A stretch of DNA of 64,000 bases from Blepharisma stoltei ATCC 30299 (taxonomy: Eukaryota > Protista > Ciliophora). The notes under the pieces are model-generated. The model did no database searches, was not told the origin of the DNA, and saw nothing but the letters and a program-made list of their open reading frames with translations. The stretch is taken from positions 187,371-251,370 of the forward strand of contig CBFDEM010000008.1 in NCBI GenBank assembly GCA_965603825.1, in the 5' to 3' direction. Position numbers and translations under genes: made by a program. The first letter of the stretch is position 1; each line of letters opens with the position of its first letter. Shown here one piece after another: positions 14,630 through 27,265 of this stretch.

Positions 14630-17464
14630 ATGAGTAATCGAAAAATAATAAATAGTAGAAATATGGATAAAAAACGATGCTTTGGACCATGCTGTAGACT
14701 CAATGTCGAATATGCATGCAAATGTACTTCTCCTGAAACTTATTTATGCGAGGAGCACTTAACAGAGCATTGCAAGAAAACTCAAGTAACTCATCCCTTT
14801 TATCATTTATCTGTAAACACTTTTGAAGGAACTATAAAAGCAATTCTTGACTTTTTTGAGGGGGAGTTGGCTGAAAAAACCAAAATTAAAAGCAAGTTAA
14901 TAGTTTGCCTTGGTCAAACCATTTCTGGCTTGGAAAATACCCTCAAAATGCTTTTAAAAGAGATTGACTCTGATTTCGACAAATTAAACATGTATATTGA
15001 AAATCCTTCTAATTTTCATCACTTTTCTTATAATGGCCTAGAAACAGTTGAGAAAGTTCGAGAATGATGTGCGAGCATCTTAACCCCTACCGAGGTTTTT
15101 CATTCATATGGCGAAATGGCAAAGAAAATTGATAAGATGATAAGAAACTTAAATAAAACAATAGTTGATTGTATTCAAAATAGAGGAACTTCAAAATCAA
15201 AGAAAATTGAACAAAATGATGAAATTAGTGCTGAGGCAGAACCTGGTTTAATTCAAATAGAACAAATTGAAGAAAATGATAAAAATAATAGAAATTTACA
15301 TGATGAGGTGGTCCCATATAGCCAAAACAGAGAAGCGGCTCAGGTTAATTCAAATGAAGATGTCTCATACAATGAAATAGGAAATATTTTATATAATGAA
15401 TATGCATATGAGGACGCAATAAAAAGCTATAATGAGGCAATTAAAATTGATCAAAACAATTCAGTTTATTATATAAACAAAGCGAAGGCTCTAAATAAGC
15501 TAGGCAAAAAAGAAGAAGCCTTAGGGTCTTTTAGTCAAGCTGCTAAAATTGATCCAGATAACGAGGAGCTCATAAAGCCTTATAATAAAGCTACCCTAGT
15601 TGAACAAATTAATGATTTGGAATGCATAGATATCGGAAATACTTTCTATGGCAGAAAAAAATATGAAGAAGCTTTAAAATATTATAACATTGCCATAAAA
15701 ATTAACCCAAATAATGGCAATCTTTATAAATACAAAGGAGATGCTTTAAAGGGTTTAAATAGAAACAAAGAAGCTATAAACTACTATAATCAAGCTATTT
15801 GAATCAATCCAAAAGATCATAATGCTTATAATGGGATCGGAATTATTTACTCTGCTGAAAAGAAATATCAAGAGGCCATAAAATACTATAGCGATGCCAT
15901 TAGGATAAACCAAAATAACGAAGTCTATTATTTCAATAAAGGAGATGCTCTAATGGAGTTAGGAAGAAACCAAGAAGCCAAGGAATTCCTCAACAAAGCT
16001 ATTAGCATTTGTCCAAGATATGATAAAGCATATAATAGCTTGGCAAATATCTTTAAAAGAGAAAAGCAATATCCAGAAGCTATAGGATATTATAATAAAG
16101 CAATTGAAATTAACCCGAATTGTGCAGCCTATTTTTTAAATAAAGGAATAGCTCTTAGTGAAATTAAAAGAAACGAGGAAGCTATTGAGTGCCTAAAGCA
16201 AGCTCTTAGACTCTATCCAAATTATAAAGAAGCATATAATAACTTAGGAAATATATTTTATCAAGAAAAAAAATATCAAGAAGCTGTAGTAAACTACAGT
16301 GAAGCAATTAGAATAGAGCCAAATATTTCAATTTATCACTTGAATAAAGGAAATGCTCTAATTAAGCTATCGAGAAGCAAAGAGGCAGCAAAATGCTTTA
16401 ATGAAGCTATCAGAATTGACCCAAATGATGCTGAAATATGCAATATAATAGGAAACAATTTCTATGATGAAAAAAAATATGAAGAAGCATTAGATTTTTA
16501 TTCCAGAGCTATCGGAATAAATCCTAGCAATGCAAAATATCATAAAAATAAAGGAGATGCGTTCGAAAAATTAGAAAGGAATGACGAAGCTATAGATAGC
16601 TATCATCAGGCTATTAAATGTGACTCAAACTATGCTATGGCATATAATCTTATTGGAAATCTGCTTTATTATAACTACCAATATGAAGAGGCAATAGCAT
16701 ACTACAATAATGCTATTAGAATCAGCCCCGAGTATTCAATTTACTATCGTAATAAAGGGGATACTTTACGTGCATTAGGCCGAAATAGAGATGCTATAGA
16801 TTTATATAATCAAGCTCTTCTAATTGATCCTAATAGCAGCATGGCATATCTTGGCCTTGGAAATGTCTTTTGTAACGCAAAAAGGCATAAAGAAGCACTG
16901 AGCTATTTTAATGAAGCGATCCGTATCGATCCTAACAATCCTGCTTTCTATACACACAAAGGAACAGCCCTTAGCGAACTAGGTAGAAAAGATGAAGCTA
17001 TGGAGTGCTTTAACGAAGCAATTAGAATTAATCCGAATTATGCTAAAGCATATAGTAGCATCGGATTAATGTATCATAACGATAAGAGGTATAAAGAAGC
17101 TATAATACAATTTAATAATGCAATTAGAGCCAATAAAAAAGATCCGCAGCTCTATTTAGAAAAAGGAAACACTCTAAAGGAGCTAGGACAAAAAGATGAA
17201 ATGATGGGTTGCTATTATGAAGCTATTAGAATTAACCCAAATTTTGATACAGCATACAATAACATAGGATATATATTTGGTGAGGAAGGAAATTATGAAG
17301 AAGCAATAAAATATTACGATCAAGCTATTAGACTTAACCAAAGAGTGGCAGCTTATTATAGAAATAAAGGAATTGCTTTAAGAAAGCTCAATAGAGCGGA
17401 AGAAGCAATTGAGTGTGATAATGCAGCTAATAGTATAGAAAGTGAGTCCAGAATAACTATCTAA
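14630..17464 (+). CDS. Zn-finger (B-box-like) + coiled-coil + long TPR array protein, ~940 aa (alternative start 14663)
   Basis: ORFs 14630, 15116 and 15953 join in frame via TGA at 15065 and 15800. N-terminus is CFGPCC..YACKCTSPETYLCEEHLTEHC, followed by ~20 34-aa TPRs. Confidence 0.88.
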
Positions 17465-18403
17465 ATAATAAGCAGAGATAAAAAAGCATTTGTTAAATCT
17501 TGCTCTATGGCAAAAATTAGAGATAATTAAAACTTTTTATATTCTAAAATGGCAATACCTAAAAGCTACATATTTATCGGCCAGAATCCTCACTTTCAAT
17601 TTTGGCTATAAGGATTGGTTTTGCATTGGAGTTCTATCATACTGAGGCTTGTAAGCAATTTTATTGGAAGGGCCTTACCTTGAACAGTCTTTAAAAAAGT
17701 AAAATAATTAATTTTTTCACCTAGCTGCATCATCAGAACTTTAGTGATCAAGAAACTGGAATAAGTCAGTTGTGAATTTTCGAAGATTACAATATTATTC
17801 TAGAGCATACGCTGGTGAAGCAAGGAGACTATGCCTGAGCTTTGTGGGCGCCGGGCGCAGAAGAATGACTAGGAATTCTAAGATAGCCTGCGAGGGACAT
17901 AAAGCGAATAATTTAAGTTAGAAGTCAAAAATATAAATTAATTAGAATGCTTCAGATGATTTATGAGGATTAATTGTAATAGTTTTTTTACTTTTCCATA
18001 AATAAAATATTTTTAGTAGAGGTAATAGGTAGCTTCATTCGATTACAAATAACTCAATCTTATTTATCAGAAATATAATTTTTATAAATTCCCCAAGTTG
18101 AATTTTGCATATTTAACAGTAATTATTTAATCTTTATATAATGTTGACCCTTGCTAATCACCAGTATATGATCTAAAAAATTATTAAATGCATTTAAAAT
18201 CGATAGTTTAATAGAAAATACTCTTATCACAAAGCAAATATATTACAAATCATCCAAACAATGCCATTATTCAAAGCATAAAATTCATTAAAATACACCT
18301 GTTTATTGAGTTCGTGATCTATTGAAGTGCCTAAAACTAATGATGCTAACTACATTTAGCATTAATATTGTATAATTTTAGAAAATTCGTAGAATAATAG
18401 AAA

Positions 18404-20701
18404 ATGAGCACCATGAAATGCTTTAAGCCAGAATGCAAGCAAGAAGTAGAATATGTATGCAGATGCACTTCTCCTGAGATATACTCCTGCAAAAAACACT
18501 TAGCAGAGCATTGCAAATCGACAAACAAAATTCACTTTTCTGACGCTATCGTTTTGACGCTTGTTGAAGGATCGAAAAAAGCAGTTCTTGAGCTTCTTGA
18601 ACAAGAAAAGGTTATAATAGGTGCCACAAAAACCCAATTAATAGCTACCGTTGGCGAAACTTTATCAAATATAGGAAATCGCTTTAAAGAGCTTCTTAAA
18701 GAGCTGGACTCTGGCTTATCAAAAGTAGAGGATTTCTACGAAAATATAATTTCAGCAAAAAGAATAACGAAAGTGGACCCAGTTTTAAGCTTGCTAGCTT
18801 TAGATCCTGGTTCTGCTATTGAAAAAATTAAAGAAATGATACCAGAGAGATCAAGTTCCATCGATTGTGCTAGAGATTTTTGTGCCGTGAGTAACGAAAT
18901 TGATAAGATGCTACAAAATTTCAAAAAGAAAGTACCTAATGTTTCTCAAGAACCCAAAAAATTCAAAAAAATTCAAAATACTCCACTCTCCATAGAACCA
19001 AATAGCAAGTCTCTATATCCTTGTGAAAATCATGCAATTCCAGATGACCCAAATGAAGATGCAACCCAAAATGCAATAGGAATTACTTTATGTGAGGATA
19101 AAAGGTATACTGAGGCAATTCCAGCTTTCGATAAGGCAATAAAAATTAACCCAAATTGCGCAGTTTATTACATTAACAAAGGAGATGCCCTATTGGAACT
19201 AAAGAAACTAGGAGAAGCTAAAACCTGCTATGATTTAGCTACTAGGCTTAATCAAGACCAATACAAGGATAAATTATACAATGGCATAGGAACTATCTGC
19301 TATAAAGAAAAGAAATATGAAGAAGCTCTAAATCACTTTAACAATGCAATAACAATAAATCCGCACTGCTCACTTTATTATAGAAATTTAGCAAACTCTC
19401 TAAAAGAGTTAAATAGAACAGATGAAGCGAAAGGCTGGTACCATGAAGCCATTATTACTAATCAAAACGATGACGAAGCATACTATGAATTAGGAAATAT
19501 TTTATATTTAGAAAAGAAATATGAAGAAGCTCTTTCTAATTATACCAATGCTATTAGGATCAACAAAAATAATGCTAACTATTATAAACAAAAAGGACAC
19601 GTCCTGAAAGAGCTAAATAGAGCAGCTGAAGCAAAGGACTGCTATAATAATGCAATAAGAATAAACTCAAATGATGATGAAGTATATAATCGCCTAGGAA
19701 TTATTTTGAAAGATGAAAAAAAGCTTGATGAAGCATTAAAAACTTACGACAATGCTATTAGAATTAATCCAAAATGAGAGTATTATAGAAACAAAGGAAA
19801 TGTTTATGAAGAATTGGGCAAGTTAGAAGATGCTAAAGGATGTTATAATACAGCTCTTGAAAAAAATCAATATGACGATTTTTCATATAATGCTATTGGA
19901 AATATCTTAAAAAGCTCTGGTCAATATGATCAAGCAATACTTTGATATGATAGTGCTATCACGTGTGACCCAACTTGCACTTTATATTATAGAAATAAAG
20001 GGAATCTCCTAGCTTTATTAAGAAGAAAAGATGAGGCTTTTGAATGTTTATACAAAGCACTAGAAATTGATCCGCGTGCAGATGCAGTGTGCAACGACAT
20101 AGGGAATATTTATTATAATGACAAAAAATATAGAGAAGCTTTAGAATATTATGAATACTCTATAAATCTCAACCCAGAAAATGCAGCTTATTATAGAAAT
20201 AAAGGAAAAGCTCTTGTTGAGTTAAAAAATAGAGCAAATGCTATTGAATGTTTTAACAGTGCCATTGAAATTAACCCAAATTTTGATACAGTTTACGATG
20301 AATTAGGGTTGATTCATAAAGATAATGAGAATTATCTAGAAGCTTTGAGATGTTTTAGCAAAGCAATTGAAATAAATCCCAGGTGTGCACTTTATTACAG
20401 AGATAAAGGATATACTATGAAATGTTTGGGGAAAATAGATGATGCTAAAGCGTGCTTTAGAAAAGTTATTGAAATTGATTCAAACGGTGATGCAGCATAT
20501 AATGAAATGGGAAATATATTTTGAAATGAAAAAAATTTTAACGAGGCATATAAATATTACAGTTGAGCTGTAAAGATAAATCCAAATTCTGCGCTTTATT
20601 GAAGAAATGCAGGAGATACTTTAAATAAGCTAAATAGATACAATGAATCAAAGGAGTGCATAAAAAGAGCTAAAGCATTGGAAAAAAGTTCTAAGACTTA
20701 G
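18404..20701 (+). CDS. Zn-finger (B-box-like) + coiled-coil + TPR protein, 765 aa
   Basis: Continuous with TGA=Trp (19775, ~19943, 20522, 20564, ~20600) to TAG 20699-20701. Same N-terminal motif (CFKPEC..YVCRCTSPEIYSCKKHLAEHC), then TPRs. Confidence 0.88.
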
Positions 20702-21042
20702 TTGGTTTGATGGCTATTTGAAAATTAAATAAATTACCCTTTTTACTTATAAAACTTTAAAATATGTAGTTTAGGAAAATATTAATTTTTAAAAAATGCT
20801 AAAAAGTCGACAAAAAGACCGATAAATATTGAATTGCATGATGAATTTGACATAATAGTTAATTATTTTTGCTGTTGATAGCTGATGGGAAAAAATATCA
20901 TCTTGCTGCAGTTGAATAGCAAAGAAAAATTAGAATTATTGATAATATACGCACTATATTAGCTCTAAATCAGAGATAACTTATAAATTATAATATTATC
21001 ATAAAGCAGTTTCTTTATAAATTAAATAGCGATTATAGAGAT

Positions 21043-21675
21043 ATGGATATCAAAAAATGCTTTGAGCCTGCATGCCAGCAAGAAACAGAATACTTATGCA
21101 GATGCACTTCTCATGAGACATACTGATGCCAAATACACTTAGAAAAGCATTGTAAAATGACCAACATAATTCATCCTTTCGACACTATCGCTTTAGAGCT
21201 CGTTGACAGATCGAAAACAGCCGTTCTTGAGCTCCTTGAACAAGAAAAATCTGTAAGAGGCGAAACGAGAAATAAATTAATCGTTGCCTATAACCATGAT
21301 AAGAGGCTTCAAGAATCGTTAAATTATTTTAACAAAGCAATTGAAATAAATCCAAACTGTGCACTTTATTATAAAAATATGGGATTTGCTATGAAAGAAT
21401 TAGGTAGGCTTGAAGATGCTAAAAGGTGTTTTGCGAATGCTATTAAAGCTGGCTCAAGGTATGATTCAGCATATAATGGAATGGGGGATATCCTGTGAAA
21501 TGAAAAAAGATACGAAGAGGCTTATAATTATTATAACTGGGCAGCAAGCATAAATCCAAATTCCTCACTTTATTGAAGAAACGCTGGGGATGCTTTAAAA
21601 CAGTTAAACAGGAAACAAGAGTCTAAGCAATACATAAATCGAGCTATAAGCATAGAAAAAGCTAGGAAAAAATAA
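21043..21675 (+). CDS. Short internally deleted paralog: Zn-finger + last ~3 TPRs, 210 aa
   Basis: ATG 21043 (MDIKKCFEPACQQETEYLCRCTSHETYW(TGA)CQIHLEKHC) is open to TAA 21673-21675. The C-terminus matches the end of the 18404 gene. Confidence 0.75.
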
Positions 21676-22639
21676 TTATTTGAAATTATTAAATAATATT
21701 CTTTATGTAAAATATGAAGAAAAAAAGACATACTATTGGCCTGATGATAAAATTAGTGATAAATAGCTAAAATTTCACTTTTTATAATCAGAGGAAACTA
21801 GACTTTAGAAAAGATTAAAGATGCATACTTCATTATTTAATGCAATGTCTATGTTGAATTATGAGACTCTTTCAACTGTAGGCGAATTAATAGGTGATCC
21901 ACCTTATAGATAGCTATCCTTTGCCTCTGTTACTTGTACTGCCCTGAAACTTTTCTTATATATAAGGGGCTGATGCTGGGAAAAGGATTTTCTAAAAGCT
22001 TTCAAAAGATGAGCTCTTAATTTGTGAATCATGGAGAAAACGCTAATTCGATTGCCTAGCTCCGTTTTGTCGTTCATCTGCTTATACTGCAGTAAATATT
22101 CTTAAATTTCGAGGATCCTATGGTATAGGCATTTACTTGCATTTCTGAATTTTAGAGAAAATTATAATCCAAACAGCACTTTCCTAAATATTAACAAGCT
22201 TATGCAAGTTATTTATTAAATTAAAGATTTAAATATCACAAAAAATTAATTTACGTTAAAATGATTTATAGGCTCTTAAAATCTTTAATTTATTGATTAT
22301 GAATCAAGTTTTTGATTAAAGCTGCAAAAGTGAGGCTATTATTTTGCTATAATCTCTCTAAATTCTTTGAGTATTTAAGGAAATATAAATATTGGCATGA
22401 AGTGCTGCTTTGAGCTATTCCGCCAACAAGAAATATATTATGGATGTAAATTTTATCCCCTGAGACATAATCATGCAGTAATCACTATCCTCGAGTAAAA
22501 ATTACTTTGCTGATTGAGTTTTTAAGAAAAAAAATTTTGTTTTCAATATGAAATTTAACTTAAATTTTTTTCTTTAATGGCAAGCCTCTCTAAATTAATA
22601 GGTGAGGCTGAAGGATTTGTATAAAAAAGTTAATTAAAA

Positions 22640-22720
22640 GTTTTAACACAATTGGTGCAAATTAAGTAACAAAATTGATCCTTTTGACACCATTTCTTTA
22701 AGGCTTGTTGAAGGATCAAG
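22640..22720 (+). pseudogene. Remnant of the Zn-finger/TPR family N-terminus
   Basis: attgatccttttgacaccatttctttaaggcttgttgaaggatca matches attcatcctttcgacactatcgctttagagctcgttgacagatcg at ~21170 (IHPFDTIALELVDRS). Confidence 0.55.
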
Positions 22721-23043
22721 CAATTGCATAGATTGAATATTTCTTAGTATTAGACCATGGTCACTGCGCCAAGAGAGGTAGTTTAAACTAATGGCATTGC
22801 TGAGCTCCCCAGGAAGGGAATTTACAATTGCATAGATTGAAGTATTTTAAATGCTGTTGAATTTAATTTTGCAAATAGTCCTTTAAGTTATATTATAAGT
22901 TTGCATGTCGGGACAACCCTCCAAAAATAATGTAACCGCTTTAAAGCATTTATTTATACCTGATTTAATTATAAAATATAAAATTTAATTAAATTCAGCT
23001 TCCTGGAGCTAGGGAAATAATACTGGCTATATTTGTAGGAGGA

Positions 23044-24491
23044 TTATTTTCTAGCCATTAATTTGTTTTCTAAGTTAAACTTGTAGTAGCTTCTATGAAT
23101 TCCAGTGCATCCAATATAGATTTCTCCTTTATTATATGAGTAATATGCTTGAGCTGCGCTATAATTGATTACCGAGCTTGCTATTCGTTTCCATTTATAT
23201 TCATCTCCAATATCACTTTCAAAAATCCTCCCATAACACTCAATCAAGTACAATTTCTCTAAATTTACAAATATTTTTCTGGTGTTCTCTTCAAAATTGT
23301 AAGGAATTGTTGAAAAAGAGTCAATATCAGGAGAATAAATAAAAATATTCTTACTTTCATGCCCAGAAACCAAAATATTACCATTAAATATTGTGCTATT
23401 ACATAAATAATCTGGATTCGGCATTGGCATTAGCTTTATTCAACGATTTCTTTCTAAATCAAATTAGCTGATAAGGGTAAATTTCCATTATAATTTGTTC
23501 CTCCAAAGCAATAAACGCCTTTATTAAAATAAATAGCTGATGATCCATAACAATAGGCTCCAAATGGCAGATTCCGAATTTTACAATTTTTACTAACTAT
23601 TAATGCAAGTCCAGAAGTCGGTTCACGTTTCCCAAAGCAGAATAATTCGCCATTTGGAAGCTGAGCTATGCATGTCCCACTGTTTAACGACTGAGGAGTC
23701 TCCAAAATTTTTACGTTTTCTCTTTCATTTTCAGTGTCATAAACAGTCAAATAAGTATTTTTTTCGTTGCATTGGCTAGTAAGATAAAGCGAAGTGATTT
23801 GGCTATAAGAGTCTTTATATTCTTGGTATGCTTGGCTTATTGATTGATGCAATGACAAATTTTCATACAATGAGCAAGTTTTCCTAAACTCTAGCTCTAT
23901 TTCTGGGCTATTATTTAGTCTATTGAGAATTTCGGAGCTTTTAGCTACTAGCTCTTGATTAATTCGTGATAGGTCAGGCAGATTTTGCTCCTGAAAGCTT
24001 TGGCTTATAGCGATATCATCTATTTTTTTGTTGAGATCTTTTAAAGTTGAATTAATTTGCGAACTAAATGAATTTATTTGACTTTCAAATTTAAGCTCTA
24101 CTTCTTCCCTCCCCCTCCAGTCTTTAAACTTTATCTTAAGGTTTTTGATTTCATTTTCTAGCTTTGAAATAGAAAAATTCACTTCTGCAAATTTTTCATT
24201 AATTGCTTTATCATTTTCTTCTAATCTTTTTTCTATGTTTAAGAGTCTTTTGCCCAGAAAAGTTTCCAATTTTTCTTCAATAGAGTATTCAATCTTCCTT
24301 TGCATTTCTTCGATTGATTCGAGCATTGTTAAATATGGGTATTTACTAGATGGCTGACTAAAAGTAAACATATGGTAAAATATGATTTTATGCATAATTT
24401 TAAAAGATCTTCTCAATAGATTTATTTCAGACTGACTATTATGCTGATTAATGCTTTGATATGGCTGACTAATGCTTTGATATAAAGGCAT
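23044..24491 (-). pseudogene. Coiled-coil + kelch-like beta-propeller gene with a 1-nt frameshift at ~23463; 5' end rearranged
   Basis: Blade motifs CIAQLPNGELFCFG and FNKGVYCFGG. Adding one A in GCT AA TTT gives SAKFDLERNRW(TGA)IKLMPMP, collinear with the paralog SSRFDLDRNRWIQLTPMP at 29.1 kb. Confidence 0.7.
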
Positions 24492-24899
24492 TTCCTCAGG
24501 ATATTTGGTTGGAAATATTTTATTATGAGATCTTTGCTCTGAAAAGTGTAAATAAATTGTCTTAAGAGGAAAAGCGTCTCAATCAAAAAAATGCATCGAA
24601 TATTATTATTATGCAAAGCAGTAAGGATTTAATACATTTAATAGCACAATAGAGCGATATCATTATGAAAATATCATCTTGAGTGCCTTAGAAAAGCGTC
24701 AATAACTTTAAAACTGGATCTTCTTTTGCTTATTGAGAAATCTTTTAAGATCATTTACTTATTTATCTGATTTTTATATAGCAAAATTAAATTTACAAAT
24801 TCTTTAATTATTCATTAAAACTTGCTAGTAAATTATATTAAAATCAAATTGCGCACATATTAATTGATTAATTAAGTGTTTTAAACTATTTAAACCAAC

Positions 24900-25343
24900 G
24901 TAAAACTCGCTCACAGAGATTTTAAACTAGAAAACATTTTTCTGATATCGAGAAATAATGAGCTAGACTTCAAATTAATTGACTTTGGACTTTCTCGAGA
25001 AGTAAAAAAAGTGCTTATATAAAGATGTGGGTGCTGTTGTGCCAGAAAAATTAAAAGGATTTATTCAGCATAGGGTGTGTTATATATATTTAGCTTTTCG
25101 GAAAATGCCATTTTTTGGGAGTAAACTAAAAGAAATATTTCTTAATAATAAAATGGAATCATCTATTTGCAAGGAAAAGTGTAGAATAATATATCAAGGA
25201 ATGCACTAAATTTTATTGTTATGCTAATAAATCCAAGCCCAGCAGAAAGAATTAGTACAAATGATGCTTTGAAGCATTTTTGATTTAAAAATGCAAGGAG
25301 AGCTTCAAATGATAGCTCGCTTTGCTATAATAGAAATAAATAA
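24900..25343 (+). pseudogene. Ser/Thr (CAMK/CDPK-like) protein kinase C-lobe relic
   Basis: HRDFKLENIFL..FKLIDFGLSR at ~24912-25000 and MLINPSPAERISTNDALKHFW(TGA)FK at ~25221-25290. It is disrupted by stops and frameshifts and has no N-lobe. Confidence 0.75.
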
Positions 25344-25550
25344 ATAATTTTATTTCATTATGGATAAGTTGTAAGTCTATTTAAGATTATTAAATATAAA
25401 ATACCAGAATTCGAAAAAGTTTTTATCATTACTTTGCAAAGAAATGCAAAAATTGTTTAATTATGATAAATTTTGATAAAAATTGTATTTTTCTTATGAT
25501 GTCATCATAGCTTCCATTACGCAGAAAAATTGGTGAAAATATAATTCAAA

Positions 25551-26618
25551 ATGGACAATCTATTAAGTTCACCAAAGACTAAAGAGAGCTCCAACACTCT
25601 AAAGCTAGCCATTTTCGGATCATTAATTGGCTTAGTTTACATTGCTGGGGTATTCATGGTGTTCTCCGGCCCAAAAGTTTCAAGCTCTGCCATGTCTCAG
25701 TTTGAAGTCGAGGAGCAAGAGTTCAAGAACTACATCAATAGATATAGCAAATCTTACAATCTTGACCAATACCTTGAGAGATTCAGAGTTTTCAGAGACA
25801 ACCTTGGATTCATTAGATCTCAAAACTCCTTAGGAAACACCTGGGTTCTTGGAGTTAACCAATTCACTGATTTAACACCTCAAGAATTCAAGGCCAAATA
25901 CCTTCAACCCAAAATCCAAGTCCCAGCTGCCAACTTACAAGCAGCAGAAATTCCTTTTGTTGGTACAGTTCCAGCCGCTATTGATTGGAGAGCTCAAGGA
26001 GCAGTCACCCCAGTTGGTACCGAAGGAAACTGCTCTTGTGACTACGCCTTCGCTGCTGTGGGAGCTGTTGAAGGAATTTGGAAAATTTCTGGAAATACCT
26101 TGACTGTCCTTTCAGTGCAAGAAATCATAGACTGCTCCACTGGCTTTTATAGCAATATAGGCTGTAGTGGAGGATATGTTGACTACGTCTATCAATTTAT
26201 TCAAATGAAAGGAATCACCTCAGCCTAGATCTACCCATATATCGAAAATGAAGGAAATTGCAATGAGGATGCTGCAGGAAGAGAAATTCTTACAATCAGT
26301 GGATTCAACCTAGTAGCATCAAGTAATCCAACAAATCTCCTATTTCAAGTCGCAACTCAGCCTGTTTCAGTCTATGTAGAGGCAAATAATTATGTCTGGC
26401 AATATTACAAAGGAGGAGTCATCACTAAGAACTGCGGAAGTGAACTTAATCACGCGGTTTTAATTGTAGGCTACAACAATACTGCGTCGCCAAGCTACTG
26501 GATTGTCAAAAATTCTTGGGGGCCGGCCTGGGGAGAAAACGGATACGTAAGAATTGCAAATAAGGATGGATCAGGAGTCTGCGGAATTAACATGGCCCCA
26601 TCATACCCTACCCTTTAA
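25551..26618 (+). CDS. Papain-family (C1A) cathepsin L-like protein with N-terminal TM and I29 prodomain; altered catalytic site and in-frame TAG at 26226-26228 (possible pseudogene)
   Basis: ERFNIN-like [45 protein letters not shown]. After the TAG the frame stays open: [46 protein letters not shown], ending at TAA 26616-26618. Confidence 0.85.
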
Positions 26619-27265
26619 GATTAATTTCTTTAAGAAAATCTAAATTATTGGTTTCTATTTATTTAATGATATTTTTCGTTGTAAAATAATATGTTTAGAT
26701 CACCTTGCTATCTAATTTTAATCACAGCCGATTTCTCCATAGGATGATTCTGATTCCTAAAGCAAGATTCTTCAACATATAACTCAATAAAAAGCAAAAT
26801 CGCCAAGAAAGAGATGAAACCTTAGATGAAATTAAAATAAAAATAAATATAATACAGGATAATTTTATGCAGCGCTGGGTTTTAGTATTTGCTATTTTAT
26901 ACTATTTTAAGCATTTTTTGATTTTTTTAGCAAATTATAGGCAAATGGTATCAAAAATAATCAAATTATGCTAAAAATAAAATATAAACCACAGCCACTA
27001 TTTACAATTCATGTTGAAAGCTCCTCCTAAAGAAGCTCCTGAACATACTATAAAAATAATAGAAGAAGTCAACATTGATGGATCAAGGGAAATGTTTAAC
27101 TCCAAAAATGAAATGCTACTGACTCCAACTTAAGAGGAAAATATATAGTCAAATATCTCGGCTTTATCAGAAGCCCTAACATTTGTCCAATTTCTTTACA
27201 AAAATCGTTACCTGCTATTTATCTAATTATTATAATGATAATCTACTATAACTAATTTTTTATTC

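Noticed and set aside
18385-18394. TTCGTAGAA resembling a STAT/GAS or heat-shock element
   Set aside because: The other motif copies lack the TTC half-site and there is no basis for naming the factor. It is kept only as an unnamed shared motif.
22675-22719. Inverted repeat TTGATCCTT...AAGGATCAA (hairpin/MITE?)
   Set aside because: It lies within a coding relic of the Zn-finger family and is probably coincidental.
26211-26228. Possible tiny intron removing the cathepsin TAG
   Set aside because: There is no GT/GC donor 15-16 nt upstream, and removal would delete the conserved GITS.
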